Source: Eledone cirrhosa (lineage: Eukaryota). Taken from it: a stretch of 64,000 bases of DNA. The notes below the pieces were generated by a model. The model was not told the DNA's origin, searched no databases, and was given only the letters and a program-made list of their open reading frames with translations. Both the position numbers and the translations under genes were made by a program. Of this stretch, positions 38,679 to 51,954 are shown piece after piece. Where the stretch lies: NCBI GenBank assembly GCA_964016885.1, contig OZ024745.1, positions 48,608,001 through 48,672,000 on the forward strand, given 5' to 3'. The first letter of the stretch is position 1; each line of letters starts with the position of its first letter.

Positions 38679-39559
38679 ATTTATCATCAACAGTAAAATC
38701 TTTAACCGGTTTTCTACGTTTCTTTGCTATTCATAATTTCTTACTGTAAATAAACATAATGTAATCTTTGACTTAATAGTAGAACACTATGGTCGTCACA
38801 TGTCTTGGTATACACATTTTTTGATGGAATATTATTCCTAAACATTTAATCATAGTTTATATTTGTTAATTAGTCATTTCTCCTTGTTTATTCTTTGTTG
38901 TTCTGTTATTCATCTGCAAATTGATATATTAGAAAAATTCTTAAATTGGGAAAATATCTCCCGGAACATTTTTCTACATTTTTCCACTCAGTGGAATCTT
39001 TCTTATATTTATGTCTTTGATTTGTTGCCAAAAATCTAAAGCAAAATAGATTAAATTACCTTCACCGAAAGACTAGAAACTGCGACCTGTTGCCGCGGAC
39101 CCAATGCACAAAACACATAGAAGAAACAATTCCTTAGATAACAAAGTTCTTGTCATTGTTGGTGGCTCACCCTACCGAGGCATCAGGTAATGCTGTGTGT
39201 ATGTGTGGGTGTGGGGGGTGCTTGGTTGTTTCGGCACCTTAGCCTCACTATCATTCGGTTTTACTGAGGTATCAGAGGATGCTATCACCTGCAGTAACGC
39301 TGCTAGTGTGTTGGTTTGCCTCAAAAAGTATTAGAGGGAGGCTCCAGCACTCCTTGTGGTATGTGCCCGATTGACACAGTTAGTGTTGACATAATATTTT
39401 CTTTCGTTTTGATTCTATGTTTTCATGTGAAATATTTATGTCATTAAGTAATAGAGATATATGAGTGTGTAGGTGTTGAATTTTGACAGCTATGTCATTT
39501 TGTGTTTGTAATTTCAAGCTATCTATAGTGTCAGCATATTTGTTTGGGAAAAAATCTGA

Positions 39560-40160
39560 ACTTTTCTAAAGAGAAAAACACAAAAATTTCCTAAAATATG
39601 TACCAAACTTGATTCGGGGTGAGCTACAATTATTGTTTCATTCGATGTGTTTAGTTTATATACTATTATGCCACACTATTGTGGAATAGATGTTAGTTTG
39701 AATTACTGAACCATATAGGAACAAATTTTATTATCAAATGTCTTACGTTTATTCTACAAAAAAATTGTTTTATGTTCAATGAAGTGACAGTAGCAATAAT
39801 ATATGTAAATCCAGTTATGGGTTACCACGGAAAGAAAACTTATGAAGAGACACTAAAGGTATTTTATTCATACTTCAAAGAAAATTGGAAAAGGTTTCTT
39901 GGTGGCTGTTTTATCTTATGGAACAAAATAGAAGATAAACTAGAAGAATTGAAATATATTATAAACATCATAGACACCAATATTCAATTCCCAATGAAAT
40001 TTAACAAGAAACAACTCCCCTTTTTAGATATCTTGATAAAAATAATAGCTGGGTGGTTTGAAACAGATATCTATTATAAACTCACAGACTAAAAATAATA
40101 CTTACTATTCACATCCTGTCATCCAAACCATACAAGAACACATATTCCTTTTACTTTAAC
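39560..40160 (+). pseudogene. Penelope-like element RT remnant
   Basis: IVSFDVFSLYTIMPH, WKRFLGGCFILW (decayed R(Y/F).DD), NIQF....QLPFLDILI, FETDIYYK.TD...YLLFTSCHP: PLE RT/thumb signatures with stops and frameshifts. Confidence 0.8.
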
Positions 40161-40996
40161 GAAGCTGACCCATGCCAGACATCACGTCAATTATCTGAAG
40201 TCTTGGAACATCAAAAACAACCATACTCAATCACTTGGATATAGTAAGGAAGGTTTCAAAGCTGGGCCAATGGGTGCCCCACAACCTGACAGACTAAAAT
40301 TGTGAATGTTAGGTTGCAATTAGGACTTCTCTGCTCTCCTACCATTGCAATGGTTATTTTCCATTGTCACTGGTGATGAAAATGGTGTCTCTACATTAAT
40401 GTCAATTGCAAGCAATGATGGCTTGATAAAGAGAGTGCACCACAACAGCCATCCTTGCAACGCCCTACTGAGTGTCTGGTAGGACTGGAAAGGTGTCGTC
40501 TCCTATGAGCTTCTCCCACTGTACACCACCATAACTTCTGACATCTATTGCCAACAACTTGACAGATTAGGGGTGAAAATCACACAGGTGCACTCAAACC
40601 ATGGTCCAGTTTGATTTTTTCATGATAACGCTTGGCTGCATACATCAAGGATGACTTGTGAGAAGCTGCTGGTGCTAGGTTGGGAGGTCCTGTGCCACCC
40701 GCCATATTCACCTGACCATGCACCTACAAACTATCAACTTTTTCTCTCAATGAACAATTCAATGCAGTCAAATACCTTCACCAATGATGACCAGCTAAAT
40801 CAATGGCTGACAGAGTTCTTTGTATTGAAGCCAGGAGAATTCTGCATGGATGGAATCATGAGCCTTCTTAAACGATGGCAGACGGTAATCACAAATGAAG
40901 GCGATTATTTTGACTTGTAAAATTCTTCGAATCTTAAAAAACACTAAAGTCAATAAAAATGTGAATGACGGTGAGAACTTTCTGTCCAACCTAATA
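40161..40996 (+). pseudogene. Mariner transposase pseudogene with right TIR
   Basis: SKLGQWVPHNL, IVTGDE, HDNA..H, LGWEVLCHPPYSPDHAPTNYQLF; right end AACTTTCTGTCCAACCTAATA followed by TA. Left TIR not seen. Confidence 0.9.
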
Positions 40997-41000
40997 TAAC

Positions 41001-41042
<42 letters not shown>

Positions 41043-42927
41043 TAAGGCGGGTAAAATTCCCGAGATCCATGGACGAGTTCTCTCCAGCGGTCTCTGTCCC
41101 TCATTATCACTGCCATGTCCTGCATCTCCAACAGACCAGTGTCTGTCCTTAGGGCATCAGCACTAGAAGAGGAAGACCAAGGTTAACGTATGTTGATATA
41201 TATATATATATATATATATATGAGTGTGTGTGTGTTTCAAATTATTTTCTCTTTTTTTTTTTAATTGCTTCATCTGAAATCCTGAAATCATATACATAAT
41301 TTGTGCTACCTCATAAAAAAAAACATTACACACTAGCAGCTGTTAGCCAAACTGCATGGAATTCTGAGTGGCATGATTGATGCCAATTGTAATGGCAAGG
41401 AAAAAGGAAGTATTTATATCAAATGTGTAGAAATGCCTTCACAGCTGATTTTAAATCAATGTTGTTCATTTAATAAAAAGCAAAAAATAAAAAAAGTCTT
41501 ATAGAGGAAAGATGCTAGACATGTAAAAGGTAATCCATTTAACTTCTAATGTTACATTTGAGATATACATATATTATTTATATTCTCAGTTAGAAAAAAA
41601 CATTTTGACACATCATATCTTATTTTCCCCGCCTAAAACCAGCCTGATTCTATGATGACAAAACTGCTTATTTTAATGTATTTATATTTGTCTAAAATCT
41701 TTCCAACATAATTTTAGGTAAAATCTTTGTAACACTATATTCTAAATACATTATGTTCTTAATAATGAGAAAGTTTGTGTTTCTAAATCCCTTTTATTTA
41801 AAAAAAATCATAAGCTGTGTCTTTCATTAGAAATATGGTAATGAAATAGTTTAATATGATGTATTCCATAGAAGAAACCATCTGCAATATCCAAAAGCTA
41901 ATTCTTATTTAAATATATGTAATTGAAATTATTTCTCACACTTTGTTTAATTAAATACAAATAAAATTCTTAAGAAATTATTAACTACATTTTTTATCAC
42001 TCCTTTAGGGGGGAGGAGGAGGGGGGGGGGGGGCTTTCATTTCCTAACCCTGATTGCATGGCCTATATTCGTTAGTAGTAGATCATAAATACAGCCTAGA
42101 ATCAAATGTGGTGTCTGAATGACAAATAAATATAAAAATTTCCAGTACACAGCTGATGAGAAGTCTGTTTTTAGAGTAGTATAAGGATATCAAAAACATA
42201 AGTTTATTATACATATGTAAACATTTTTAGTCCTGCTGTTAAGATTATTTTAGGTTAAAACATAAGTTAATGGGAGCATTAATTAGGAAGTAGACTATCA
42301 TGATTTTCATTCTGGTTACTTCATTAGCTGTGTGGTATAATTTATAATTATTATTGATTAGTGTTTATCAAAAATTAAGTGTAACACCAGAACCAATCAA
42401 GTTAGGATCCAAACTCTCAAACTGTAATGAACTTTATTGCAAAGAGGGATGCAATAATACAAAATATTGAACCCTTTGATAACCTGCCCAAAATTGTCTC
42501 TAAAACCACTTATTTTAAAATATCCATATTTAAACTAAAATTTCCCATCATAATTTTATCTCAGAATATTTTGTTATGCTCTAACAACAGAGTTAGACAT
42601 TCTTCTGTTTTATTATTTTAAAAATTAATTAGAAAATATAAGCAGTATTTTGCAAGAGAAATAGTATAATTTTTTGAGGGAAGGGTAGGACTTATTTGGA
42701 AAAAGACATTATAATGTAGTATATTAATTAATTCTGTTCAGTTTTCATAAAAAATAGTTTAGAGGTAGATCTGTTGCCAATTTTCGGTTTCAAATTGGTT
42801 CTTAAGTTTAATATATAGTTTATTTTGAAAATCTGAGAAGCTGATCCATTCATAAAAAGACAAATAACTAATGCAAGCATGGAAAATAGATGTTAAATGG
42901 TAATCATTATGATGATTGTATCATGAT

Positions 42928-43128
42928 GAGGGTGGTGGATTGGCAGTATCATTTGAGCTTCAGACACCATGATTTGCAGCATATAGTTATGGCCCATTAT
43001 GTTCCAAGTTCAAACCCTGCCAAGGTTAGCTTTGCCTTTCATCGTTACAGGGTCAATAAAATAAAGTACTGGTAGCACTGGGGTCGGTTTAATCAACTTT
43101 CCTCTCCCCACTATTTGTTGGCTTTGTG
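42928..43128 (+). mobile_element. Diverged tRNA-derived SINE
   Basis: GGTGGATTGGCAGTATC head, AAGTTCAAACCC B-box-like motif, GCCTTTCATC...AATAAAATAAAGTAC core. Confidence 0.75.
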
Positions 43129-43453
43129 ATGATTGTATCAGTAAAAGCTGTTCTTATGAAGCAATGACAACCCTCAGGTATAAACAGATTCATAAAATAT
43201 ATTTTTATGCTATAGAGACTGAAAGTTACAAAAATATGTTTATAAATTACATGATATTAGTCAAAAAAACTTTATCTAATCATATTTATTTAAGAGGCTT
43301 GAATTTATTTATTCATATGTTTTTTGTAAAATTCATTGGCAATTTATAGACAAAATGGATGTTATATTAAATGTAATATTTTAGTCATAAATTTACTTCA
43401 CTGGCTATGGTACTGCCTGTGGCATATAAAACACACAATCACACACACACACA

Positions 43454-43493
<40 letters not shown>

Positions 43494-43677
43494 GCATGAC
43501 TATATGTATGTTTATTATGCATAAACATATTGTATATGGGTCCATACATTCATTAATTCTGAACCACGCCTTGATAGTGTTATTGCTAATATATATATAT
43601 CATCATCATCATCTAATGTCTGGGAAAACAAGCGTTAAACAATTATAATGATGTGCGTGTGTGCATGTGTGTGTGTG

Positions 43678-43709
<32 letters not shown>

Positions 43710-44074
43710 TTGGATGGTTTAACTAATGGGTAGATCTTATCATTCCAATTAGCAGACCGTGATGTAATAAGCAAAAACACTCAACTTTATGCATATCATC
43801 CACCATAGATGTAGTATCTCGTGGATGGCACCTAAATGGAGTTAAATACTTCAATGAAAAAAGGTTGGATTCTAATATATTCCTTTAATATTGCATCAAT
43901 ACACAATATGTATTTCTGTAACTGGCTGAAGTCATCAGATCAGGATGCAAGACAATCAGCAACAGCATCAGGTGTAATGAACACAAAAGATTTTTAAAGA
44001 TTTAAATGATTTAGTTCAGTAATCCCTACTGGGTTATGGCAGCTGGACCAACGATGCTATTGTCACAGTGAAGG

Positions 44075-44410
44075 TGCATAGCTTAGAGATTAGAGCATTG
44101 GGCTTGCAATTATGAGGTTGTGAGTTAGATTCTCAGACAGAGTGATGCATTGTGTCCTTGAGCAAGACACTCTATATATCATGTGAATCCCAGTTGACTC
44201 AGCTGTAGAAATGAGTTGTGACATCACTGGTGCCAAGCTGTATCAGCCTTAGCCTTTCCCTTAGACAACATTGGTGGCATGGAGAGGGGAGACGGTATGC
44301 ATGGGTGACTGCTGGTCTTCCACAAACAACCTTGCCCAGACTTGTGCCTTGAAGAACTTTGTAGGTGCAAATCCCATGGTCATTCATAACTGAAGAGGGT
44401 CTTTACCCAT
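44075..44410 (+). mobile_element. Second tRNA-derived SINE family (related pieces at ~430-565, 2700-2800, 26755-26812, 27455-27700)
   Basis: Degenerate tRNA head followed by TGTGTCCTTGAGCAAGACACT, a motif typical of CORE/V-type SINE bodies. Confidence 0.6.
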
Positions 44411-45095
44411 TACCTTTTATGTATGTATGTATATGTGTGTGTGTGTATATGTATGTATGTATGTATATGTGTGTGTGCATATGTGAGATCAGTGGCCCCA
44501 CTTCTGTACAAATTTAGTCAGTGAAAACCTGTCCAACACTTGTTAGCAGGGAAAATAGACGTTAAATGATGATGATATATATATACACACACACACACTA
44601 CACACACTATGTTTATTGCCCTGTATAACATTGTCTTCCCTACAGGCATAAAATATATTTTAGACATTTTTTCTTGCAAACAGAAATCATGTTGTTTTGA
44701 AGATCACATGATCTCATTAACTTCTGTTTTAACACAAAAGAAACTTCACAGCATGACTAATTTTTCATACTTGGAATGGATGACTTTTTTTTTTCATTCT
44801 TCAATGCAGTGTGTTGTAATGCAGAATTAAGTTCTCTGCTGGAACATAGTGTTATGAACAATGATTAGATTGAATGTATTATAGAGATAGCTAAACCTTC
44901 ATCTTCCCAACTCCATATATTCTGAAAACATTTGGCCACAAACAGTGAACACCTGCAGCTCTTTCACTGAACTTACTTAACAGAAGGATGTTATAGTATA
45001 AAACCTTACATGGGTACGTGTGAAGACCAAAACATTAGCATTACTTGTTAACAACACAGTTGGCCATAATTGCTGAATAGGCAATGTTAAGTGTG

Positions 45096-45435
45096 ACAGG
45101 AAAGATCAAATAATAATTGTTTCTACTTTTGGCACAAGGCCAGCAATTACCCAGTGTATTACTGGTACTTTATTTTATCGACCCCTGTAAGGATGAAAGG
45201 CAAAGTTAACCTCGGCGGGATTTGAACTCAGAATGGCAAGGGCTGTAACTCTATGCGTCAAAGCATGGCATCGATGCATAGAGTTACGACCCTTGCCATT
45301 CTGAGTTCAAATCCCGCCGAGGTTAACTTTGCCTTTCATCCTTACGGGGTCGATAAAATAAAGTACCAGTAATACACTGGGTAATTGCTGGCCTTGTGCC
45401 AAAAGTAGAAACAATTATTATTTGATCTTTCCTGT
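45096..45435. repeat. Long palindrome: SINE fold-back with ~163-bp arms and 13-nt loop
   Basis: 45096-45259 is the reverse complement of 45273-45435 with about 4 differences. Arms include 15 bp of non-SINE flank (ACAGGAAAGATCAAA). Confidence 0.96.
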
Positions 45436-46012
45436 TAATGTACAGAAACATTATGTTAACCCTTTTGATAACAAAACAGCTAAAATTCACCTCTGGTTCT
45501 ATGAAACAAAACTTGCCATTTTAAAGGGTTCCTATTTAACCCTTTTTATACCAATCTAGCCAAAATTGGCTCTGGTTCTACAAAACAAAGCCAACTGTTT
45601 TAAAGGGTTCCTATATAAATAAACGTTTTCCAACATAATTTTATATAAACCATTTGTTAAATTATCATCTTAGTAATAAAATAATTAATAATTTTAGTAA
45701 ATCACTTGAAATTCTTCATTAACCCTTTTGATATTAACCCAGTAAAATTGGTTCTGGTTCTATGAAACAAAACCAACCATTTTAAAGGGTTCTTATTTAA
45801 ATTAAAATCTTCCCATGAGGAAGTAAGAATGAGATATAGAAGAAAAAAATCAGCCTCAGCACTGGACTGGTACTTTTTTTTATCAACCTGAAAAGTTGAC
45901 CTCAATAGGATTTAAATTCAGAAAGCAGATAAAACTTGAATAAATACCACAAAGCATTCTATCCAACATGCTAGCAACTTTACCAATTCACTGTTTGTAG
46001 TGAAATTACAGG

Positions 46013-46366
46013 TACTCTCAGGTCTTGAATAATCAGCCCCTCCCTCTCCCCACTCACTTATGAATTTTTCAGATGTTTTCCAAATCCCCCGCTTTTATTC
46101 CACTGTCAACCCACTTATTAAATTTTGCTAATCTATCTCTGGTGAAATTTTATTGTATGTGATTCATATTGATACAGCAGCTGGAGAATCTAATAATTTA
46201 TTTTATTATACATTAAAAAAACATTATATATGACAAAAAAAGAACATTGCTAGAAATCCCATATTTACTACAAACATACACTATACAATTATCCCCCCAG
46301 GGCTTATAAGAATTTAAGCAAATATTCACTCCACCCCACCTCCCTATTACTGGGGACCTGAAAGTA
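46013..46366. mobile_element. TA-flanked MITE; a ~57-bp internally deleted relative lies at 62773-62829
   Basis: TACTCTCAGGTCTTGAATAA ... TATTACTGGGGACCTGAAAGTA imperfect TIRs in both copies. Confidence 0.65.
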
Positions 46367-46856
46367 TGTTATCAGAGATGATAGGCTTTATATGCAGCAG
46401 ATACACAGGAGTAATAAGTATTAAGAGTACATGTGAAGAAATGGAATAAAATGTAGCATGAAAGACTCTACTGGTAAAAGTATATGGAAGATAATATAAA
46501 GAAATACAGGATACCCAAGGTGGATAAAAACCTGTGGAAGGTGTAGATCCAGGAAGATATGGGTAGCGGTAATGAAGACTGACTTAATGAAGTTGAACCT
46601 TACAACAAAGGTGGCAAAAAACCATGATAATTGGGAATATGTGATACAGGAGATGACTCACACATCAGTACAAATAAGGCACATTATATGCTCCTAATTA
46701 ATCCCCATTTCTTCCTTTAGTATTCTCTCTATACTATTCCCACTTCACCATCTCAGCTACTAACCTCTATTGTATTCACTGCCCTACTACTATGTAATGA
46801 GGTGTAGTATTTGGTCTATATCTGATCCCTCCATTCATTATTACTATTCTTATCAT

Positions 46857-46990
46857 CCCTTTACGATCTGAGTTCAAATCCCGCCGAGGTTGACTTTGCC
46901 TTTCATCCTTACGGGGTCGATAAAATAAAGTACCAGTAATGCACTGGGTAATTGCTGGCCTTGTGCCTAAAGTAGAAACAATTATTATTA
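46857..46990 (+). mobile_element. 5'-truncated SINE with TSD
   Basis: Family 3' two-thirds; TATTCTTATCATC duplicated on both flanks. Confidence 0.85.
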
Positions 46991-47499
46991 TTCTTATCAT
47001 CACTATTTCTGTACTTCTTCCAACCATTACTTATCTATTTTTTTACCTGTCACTCACCTTCATCATGTTGCCACCAGGGAGGAAAGGGGCATGATAAAAA
47101 AGAGAAAGCAGGCTACAATGAGAAAGATATATACATATATATATCATCATCATCATCATCGTTTAACGTCTATCTTCCACGCTAGCATGGGTTCAGATGG
47201 GAATTGCCCCACTTGAGGCAAGATTGGTCGTCTGGCTCGTATAGGACTGTCTGCCCTTCCTAACATCAACCATGTTTACAGTGTGGACTGGGAGGTTTTT
47301 ACCGTGTTACCTACACGGCCACATTACAGCGTGAACTGTGTGTTTTTTTTGTCGTGACACCTACACGACCTCTTTTATTTAGGACTGGATTTTGTGATAC
47401 CAACATAACTTTACAGAGAAGGGGGGGGGGTTGATGGGGGTGGAGGTGGAGTAAGGGTAGTGGGATGGGGGTGTATATTTGGTATATATGGTATGTATG

Positions 47500-47541
<42 letters not shown>

Positions 47542-47999
47542 TACAAAGTAAAAGAATGAAAGAGAGAAAGTGTTTTATTATTGTTTTCAAGCAATACAAG
47601 TGGGAAAACATTATCTTCAGTTGAATATGTCAAACATAGCAATAGAGAAGTGATGTTAGACAATGTTTTTTTTTTATGACCTTGTTTTTTATTTGCATTC
47701 ATGTTTATTTTAGAATGTAATTTGTTTTAGATAAATACTGCTTTTATATATTCTTATCTTTGTCATAATCATTGTCATCTTCTTCTGTGGATTGATAGAA
47801 TCATTAGAGTGTTGGGAAAAATACCTTATGGTATTTAGTTATGGCTTTTTACATTCAGAGTTCAAATCATGTTGAGGTCAACTTTACCTTTCATATTTCC
47901 AGGGTCGTTAAAATAAAGTACCAGTAGAGTCAATGTAGTTGACTTATCCCTCCTTCCCAAATGGAAGGCCTTGTGCCTAGATTAGATACCATTATTGTG

Positions 48000-48192
48000 A
48001 GGGTGGTGAATTGGCAGTATCAGTAGAGGGTTGGACGCCATGCCTTTCTAGCATAGTTACGTCCCTTTACGGTTTGAGTTCAAATCCTGTCGAGGTTAAC
48101 TTTGCCTTTCATCCTTACGGGGTCGATAAAATAAAGTACCAGTAATGTACTGGGTAATTGCTGGCCTTGTGCCAAAAGTAGAAACAATTATT
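48000..48192 (+). mobile_element. tRNA-derived SINE, inserted at the tail of an older copy (~47785-47995)
   Basis: Full family sequence; ATTATTGTGA on both sides. Confidence 0.88.
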
Positions 48193-48581
48193 GTGATACC
48201 ACATTATTTGTTGTATAAGACACTTTTTTTACTCCCAAATTTCAAGTCAAATTTTGCTAGCATCCTATACATCAAATAAAAATCTCAAATACTACGAGAA
48301 CTATTTTCCCCTTAACGTTTTCTTCCAAAATAAGAGTGTGTGCTTATGAGAATTAGTTCTTGATGGTAAATATAGATTACCAGACACAATTTTATCATCA
48401 TTTAACAACTGGTTTCCCAGCCAGCAAGGATTGAATCAGTATTCAAATAGAGCTACTGATCTTTCAGATAGTCCGAGAGCCTGTATCTTGCTTACTTATG
48501 TTTCTGCGCTGTACTGGGTGCTCGGGTGTGCCAGTGGCCTGCATCTCACTTACAAAACATGACAACAATAATGATAATAAT

Positions 48582-48769
48582 GTGTTTCTACTTTTGGCAC
48601 AAGGCCAGCAATTACCCAGTGTATTACTGGTACTTTATTTTATCGACCCCATAAGGATGAAAGGCAAACTTAACCTCGACGGGATTTGAACTCAGAATGG
48701 CAAGGGCTGTAACTCTATGCGTCAAAGCATGGCATCCGCCCTCTACCGATACTGCCAATCCACCGCCCT
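48582..48769 (-). mobile_element. tRNA-derived SINE
   Basis: Reverse complement of the family sequence, ending 185 bp upstream of a hemicentin exon. Confidence 0.88.
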
Positions 48770-48954
48770 TTGTGATGATAATGATGATTATAAGAACAAC
48801 AACAATAATGGTGATAAGAAACGACAATGAAGGTAACGGTGATGATGATGATCATAATCATAGTGATGATGACAATTATGATCATGATGATGATCTTGAA
48901 GATGTTAGTCTTTCTTCTTTTTTAGTCTGTACCTTACTTGCTTTTCCCCTCCAG

Positions 48955-49126
48955 GTGCTAAACTTTGTCCGTGTTGCAGTACAAAGCAGGAAAGTGAATT
49001 TGATGTCTATTGATTACCCTGAAGGGAGGACAAGTGTGTTCAAGTTGCCAATTGATCCAAGTCTAAAGTCAATTACAATTTCTGTCAGTGGAAATCAACC
49101 AAAAATTTACTTAAAAAATCCTAATG
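48955..49126 (+). CDS. HMCN1: Hemicentin internal exon, 172 bp, phase 0-1
   Basis: Polypyrimidine tract cttttcccctccAG, donor GTtagt. Translates VLNFVRVAVQSRKVNLMSIDYPEGRTSVFKLPIDPSLKSITISVSGNQPKIYLKNPN(G), matching hemicentin 'AVQ..KV.L.S.D...P.DPSLK..T.S.SG..P'. In frame with previous exon. Confidence 0.93.
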
Positions 49127-49370
49127 GTTAGTAAATTACTTTATCATAATAGTTATGGCTGTTGTTGTTCCTTTCTTTGTTATTTATGTGGTTGTTGTTG
49201 TTTAGCCCTAAGTCATCTCTGATCAAAGAAACCAACTTTCCAGTAATGACCAGGCTATCTTCCTATAATTATTTATGTGTTTGTCCATCAGTAATCAATG
49301 AAGACTGTGCATAATCAATTTGGTTTTATGTGTCTGTGGATAGTTGGTGAATCTGATTCCAGTATTGAAA

Positions 49371-49556
49371 TAATTGTTTCTACTTTTGGCACTAGGCCAG
49401 CAATTATCCCAGTACATTACTGGTACTTTATTTTATCGACCCCGTAAGGATGAAAGGCAAAGTTAACCTCGGCGAGATTTGAACTCAGAATGGCAAGGGC
49501 CGTAACTCTATGCGTCAAAGCATGGCATCCGACCCTCTTCCGATACTGCCAATCCA
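49371..49556 (-). mobile_element. tRNA-derived SINE
   Basis: Reverse complement of the family sequence in the short 809-bp intron. Confidence 0.88.
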
Positions 49557-49935
49557 AATGGCCATATGTGATCTGTGGCAATATTTGAAGTGTGGTGTGT
49601 GTGTATCACTGCCATAGTCTGTGGAGCTCACAGTTGATTTTCACTGTCTGAATGCATCTGCACAATCCTCCTCTCACATTATTTGCATTTAAATTTGCCC
49701 TCTTTCTTCCTGTTTGTTATGACAAATATTTATGTAAAAAAAAAAGACATTAATTGTGAATATTTCTGATCAATGATTGACCCCCTGACAAAAAAAAAAG
49801 ACAAATGAAATTATGTATTCCTTCTCTGAGATTAACTGGTTTGATGAGCCAAATATGCTTCTAACAATTAATTCTTTAATGTCCAAATATCAGAAGAATC
49901 CTAAATTATTAATTGTAAGATATTTCTATTTACAG

Positions 49936-50160
49936 GTGAAAGACCTTCTAAAGATACAGGACTAAAAGAGTTACTTAATCTTCGAAATATTCAAATTCAT
50001 AGTGTGGAAGACCCCAAAGCTGGAATGTGGTCATTAAAAGTTTCTAGTTCAAGTCCACATACTATCCGTCTAACAGGTCTCAGTTCAGTTGGATTTACTG
50101 CTGGATTTTCAAGAAAACCTGTCTCTGATTTTTCTGAGACAGAATTTAGGCCCGTAGAAG
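49936..50160 (+). CDS. HMCN1: Hemicentin internal exon, 225 bp, phase 1-1
   Basis: Acceptor tttctatttacAG, donor GTaagt. Translates (G)ERPSKDTGLKELLNLRNIQIHSVEDPKAGMWSLKVSSSSPHTIRLTGLSSVGFTAGFSRKPVSDFSETEFRPVE(G), matching hemicentin 'GL.ELLN...AGMW..K.SS...H..R.TGLS..F.AGFSRKP..DF'. Missing from the ORF track. Confidence 0.93.
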
Positions 50161-50728
50161 GTAAGTTTAAAAGCTAATTTCATAAAAAAATATTGGTCAA
50201 ATAAAATAGAAACTTCATTTATATTTATTTTTCTTTATTACTATCTCTTCACACCACTCATACTGTTATCTATTCAACATCCTATCAACTAACCAGAAGC
50301 AAAACATAGCTATCACTCTCTCCTCCATTCCTTGCCATTCTGTTAGACTGTTTCCCCATCATACTCTCTCCTCTTTGGTCATCACACAACTTTTATTTAC
50401 ATTCTTGGCCATATTTGTCATTAAAGACAAGAGAATCTAAATGGAATGGAGAGGATTCTCTAATATTGCAGAGGACAAGGAAACCTCCCTTCCTTCTCTC
50501 TCTTATCTAATTTACATTTATGCATCATTAATATCATCATCATCATCATCTTCGTTTAACGTCCATCTTCCACGCTAGCATGGGCTAGACGGGAGTTGTC
50601 CCACTTGAGGCAAGGTAGGTCGGGTGACCGTATCTCGCTCATATAGGACTATCTGGCAGGTTTTCTACGGCTGGATGCCCTTCCTAACACCAACCACATT
50701 TACAGTGTATATATACATATATATACAC

Positions 50729-50766
<38 letters not shown>

Positions 50767-51699
50767 GTATATATATCATCATCATCACTGTTTAACATCC
50801 ATTTTCCATGTTTGCATGGGTCATATATATAGATAGATATATAAAATTATAAGTTTCAAAAACAGACAGATAAAATTTACCTTTTCTTCTTGGTCTAGAA
50901 GAGAAATTAACTAAATAAATAATCAATTTAACAGAGCTAAGTTTAAAATGTAAGTTTGAAGAAAAAATAGATGAATATATACTGATATTCCTCTAGCCTC
51001 GACTGCTGGCAGTTTCACTTATGCTATGTGGAAAATGTGCAAGATCGCTGCACATGCACATCATCCATCAGGCGTCAAGCTTATCAAGGGACTCCCTCAG
51101 TTAGGACTATTTTTTCCAAAGTGATCGTCGTCAATAAGTTCAATAAGGAGTGAAGTTATCACGTGCCTAACGGTCATGATAGAAGTGTTGTGAGGGGTAG
51201 ACTGGTAGCTAGTAAGTTCATTGCTCGAAGAAGCAGTTAGTTACAGTCTAATTTTTACTCAACCGTAAGGGAGTTAGAACAAAGTCAGAGGAAACACATA
51301 TATATATTTAAACATAAGCTTAGATACATATATGAGTGTAGCCCGCCTTCAACAATGTGGCTAAATGAATGAATTAAATAAATAATCATTAATCAGAGCT
51401 ACATAAAATTATAAGTTTGAAGAAAAGACAGATAAAATTTATCTAATTTTTCTTCTTAGTCCAGAGAAATTAACTAAATAAATAATCTTAGTTATTTATG
51501 TATATATATATATGTATTAAAAAAAAAAATAATGTGTATATATATATATGTGTGTGTATGTGTGTGTGGGGTGTGGTGTGTGTGTGTATCACTGCCATAG
51601 TCTTTTATAGTTATGTTGGCATACATATTATCAAACTATTATTTATGGGTTTCTTTCCATTATTCCTTCTTTCATACAAAATATACATTGCTATTTAAA

Positions 51700-51868
51700 G
51701 ATGATGATGTTGAGGGCTGTTGTTGCTGTTGTGGTGGTGGTGGTGGTGGTGGTGGTGAAAGTTGTTGTTGTGGTGGGGGGGGGGGTGAAGGTTATGGGGG
51801 GGTGAAGGTTATGGTGGTGGTGGTGATGGTGAGAGCTGTTATTATTGTTGTTGTGGTGGTGGTGGTGG

Positions 51869-51954
<86 letters not shown>

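Noticed and set aside
48697-48954. N-terminal part of the 144-aa ORF
   Set aside because: SINE plus (GAT)n intron sequence; only 48955-49126 is hemicentin-like and bounded by splice sites.
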